Source: Ranitomeya imitator
Lineage: Eukaryota
DNA length: 64,000 nt
NCBI RefSeq assembly: GCF_032444005.1
Contig: NC_091282.1
Span: 605,926,001-605,990,000 of the forward strand
Direction of reading: 5' to 3'
In this document: piece after piece, positions 61,086 through 64,000 of the stretch
Layout of the letters: each line of letters starts with the position of its first letter
How positions within the stretch are numbered: the first letter of the stretch is position 1
Program-made: the position numbers and the translations under genes
The notes under the pieces: generated by a model
What the model was told of the DNA's origin: nothing
Databases searched by the model: none
Seen by the model: only the letters and a program-made list of their open reading frames with translations

Positions 61086-64000
61086 TGTTGTGAATTCTGT
61101 GGCTGAATTCACTCCTGTGGTCACAATTGGTACTGCAGCTTCTGAGCTTCCTCCTTCAGGTGTTCTGGTGAGCTCGTTAACTGCTTCATTACTTAACTCC
61201 GCCTGATGCAGCTATCCTTGTTCCTTGTCAATGTTTCAGTGTTGGATCTGAGCTTCTCCTGATTGTTCCTGTGACCTGCTGCTCTGTATAGCTAAGTGCT
61301 TTTTGCTTTTTTGTTGCTTTTTTTCTGTCCAGCTTGTCTTTTGTTTTTCTGGAAGCTCTGAGACGCAAAGGGTGTACCGCCGTGCCGTTAGTTCGGCACG
61401 GTGGGTTTTTTTTTTTGCCCCCTTTGCGTGGTTTTGCTTTAGGGTTTTTTGTAGACTGCAAAGTTCGCTTTACTGTCCTCGCTCTGTCCTAGAATATCGG
61501 GCCCCACTTTGCTGAATCTATTTCATCCCTACGTTTTGTCTTTTCATCTTACTCACAGTCATTATATGTGGGGGGCTGCCTTTTCCTTTGGGGAATTTCT
61601 CTGGGGCAAGTCAGGCCTATTTTTCTATCTTCAGGCTAGCTAGTTTCTTAGGCTGTGCCGAGTTGCCTAGGTAGTTGTTAGGCGCAATCCACAGCCGCTT
61701 TTAGTTGTGTTTAGGATAGGATCAGGTGTGCAGTCTACAGAGTTTCCACGTCTCAGAGCTCGTTCTTGTATTTTTGGGTATTTGTCAGATCACTGTGTGC
61801 GCTCTGATCGCTAAGCACACTGTGTTTCTGGATTGCCTTCATAACACCTGTCATTAGCAAACATAACAGTACAAGGAGCCAAAACTAATGATTCTCAATA
61901 GAGGGAAAGAAAAAGTTCTGACATCATTTTTTTTTTTTTTTTTTTCTGCTCTGTGTTCACTTTTTTTTTTTCCCCTAGACATTTGGGTGATTTTGGACAC
62001 AGGTGTGGACATGGATATTCAGGGTCTGTGCTCTTCAATGGATAATCTCGTTATAAATGTACAAAAAATTCAAGATACTATTGATCAGAAATCTATGTTA
62101 GAACCAAGAATTCCTATTCCTGATTTGTTTTTTGGAGATAGAACTAAGTTTCTAAGTTTCAAAAATAATTGTAAGCTATTTCTGGCCTTGAAACCTCATT
62201 CTTCTGGTAATCCTATTCAACAGGTTTTGATTATTATTTCTTTTTTGCGCGGCGACCCTCAAGACTGGGCATTTTCTCTTGCGCCAGGAGACCCTGCATT
62301 GAGTAGTGTCGATGCGTTTTTCCTGGCGCTCGGATTGCTGTACGATGGGCCTAATTCAGTGGATCAGGCTGAGAAAAATTTGCTGGCTTTGTGCCAGGGT
62401 CAGGATGATATAGAAGTATATTGTCAGAAATTTAGGAAATGGTCAGTACTCACTCAGTGGAATGAATCTGCGCTGGCAGCTTTGTTCAGAAAGGGTCTCT
62501 CTGAGGCTCTTAAGGATGTCATGGTGGGATTTTCTATGCCTGCTGGTTTGAATGAGTCTTTGTCTTTGGCCATTCAGATCGGTCGACGCTTGCGCGAGCG
62601 TAAATCTGTGCACCATTTGGCGGTACTGCCTGAGGTTAAACCTGAGCCTATGCAGTGCGATAGGACTATGACTAGAGTTGAACGGCAGGAATACAGACGT
62701 CTGAATGGTCTGTGTTTCTACTGTGGTGATTCCACTCATGCTATTTCTGATTGTCCTAAGCGCACTAAGCGGTCCGCTAGGTCTGCCGTCATTGGTACTG
62801 TACAGTCCAAATTCCTTCTGTCCATTACCTTGATATGCTCTTTGTCGTCGTTTTCTGTCATGGCGTTTGTGGATTCGGGCGCTGCCCTGAATCTGATGGA
62901 TTTGGATTATGCTAAACGTTGTGGGTTTTTCTTGGAGCCTTTGCGGTGTCCTATTCCATTGAGAGGAATTGATGCTACACCTTTGGCCAAGAATAAACCT
63001 CAATACTGGGCCCAGCTGACCATGTGCATGGCTCCTGCACATCAGGAAGTTATTCGCTTTCTGGTGTTGCATAATCTGCATGATGTGGTCGTGTTGGGGT
63101 TGCCATGGCTACAAACCCATAATCCAGTATTGGATTGGAATTCCATGTCGGTATCCAGCTGGGGTTGTCAGGGGGTACATGGTGATGTTCCATTTTTGTC
63201 GATTTCGTCATCCACCCCTTCTGAGGTCCCAGAGTTCTTGTCTGATTATCAGGATGTATTTGAAGAGCCCAAGTCCGATGCTCTACCTCCGCATAGGGAT
63301 TGTGATTGTGCTATCAATTTGATTCCTGGTAGTAAATTCCCTAAAGGTCGATTATTTAATTTATCCGTGCCCGAACACGCCGCTATGCGCAGTTATGTGA
63401 AGGAATCCCTGGAGAAGGGACATATTCGCCCATCGTCATCACCACTGGGAGCAGGGTTCTTCTTTGTAGCCAAGAAGGATGGTTCGCTGAGACCGTGTAT
63501 TGATTACCGCCTTCTTAATAAGATCACTGTTAAATTTCAGTATCCCTTGCCATTGTTATCTGACTTGTTTGCTCGGATTAAGGGGGCTAGTTGGTTCACT
63601 AAGATAGATCTTCGTGGTGCGTATAATCTGGTGAGAATCAGGCAAGGAGATGAATGAAAAACTGCATTCAATACGCCCGAGGGTCATTTTGAGTATCTAG
63701 TGATGCCGTTCGGACTTGCCAATGCTCCATCTGTGTTTCAGTCTTTTATGCATGACATCTTCCGTGAGTATCTGGATAAATTCCTGATTGTTTACTTGGA
63801 TGACATTTTGATCTTCTCAGATGATTGGGAGTCTCATGTGAAGCAGGTCAGAATGGTTTTTCAGGTCCTGCGTGCTAACTCTTTGTTTGTGAAGGGATCA
63901 AAGTGTCTCTTCGGTGTGCAGAAAGTTTCATTTTTGGGGTTCATCTTTACCCCTTCTACTATCGAGATGGATCCAGTTAAGGTCCAAGCCATCCAGGATT
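61086..64000 (+). mobile_element. Gypsy-3: same subfamily as Gypsy-1, runs off the right edge
   Basis: 5' LTR from 61086 ending at 61846 or 61868; followed by GTACAAGGAGCC as in Gypsy-1. Confidence 0.95.
61888..64000 (+). pseudogene. Gypsy-3 gag-pol, single frame, with a nonsense codon in RT
   Basis: Gag-CCHC-PR-RT in one ORF; TGA at 63655-57 where the sister copies have TGG (GDEWKTAF); RT homology continues in frame. Confidence 0.92.

Overview
Repeat-dense vertebrate DNA, most likely from a frog (inferred from the TE repertoire and gene sequences; the species cannot be determined here). It contains two complete host genes in convergent orientation, as in human 1q22: DPM3 (+, single coding exon 26889-27167) and SLC50A1/SWEET1 (-, six coding exons, 35074-28289, 216 aa). 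Almost everything else is transposon or tandem repeat. Bases 1-13.5 kb are a decayed Penelope-like retroelement carrying nested insertions: two solo LTRs, a ~2.1-kb fold-back element with a 16-bp TSD, an apparently intact Tc1, a chromodomain Gypsy, a MITE and a SINE. There are three young Tf1/sushi-type Gypsy elements plus a solo LTR of the same group. A ~21-kb 21-bp satellite with ~2.2-kb higher-order repeats hosts a non-autonomous piggyBac carrying telomere-like repeats. A CR1 LINE is interrupted by a Helitron and MITEs. The most coherent system is in the Gypsy group. Each subfamily has its own co-varying pair of predicted transcript 5' end and PBS (tRNA-independent self-priming), the R-U5 region shows long-range helices with compensatory changes, and the three insertions that can be checked all have 6-bp target duplications. 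All alignments, counts and folds were done by eye; no searches were run.
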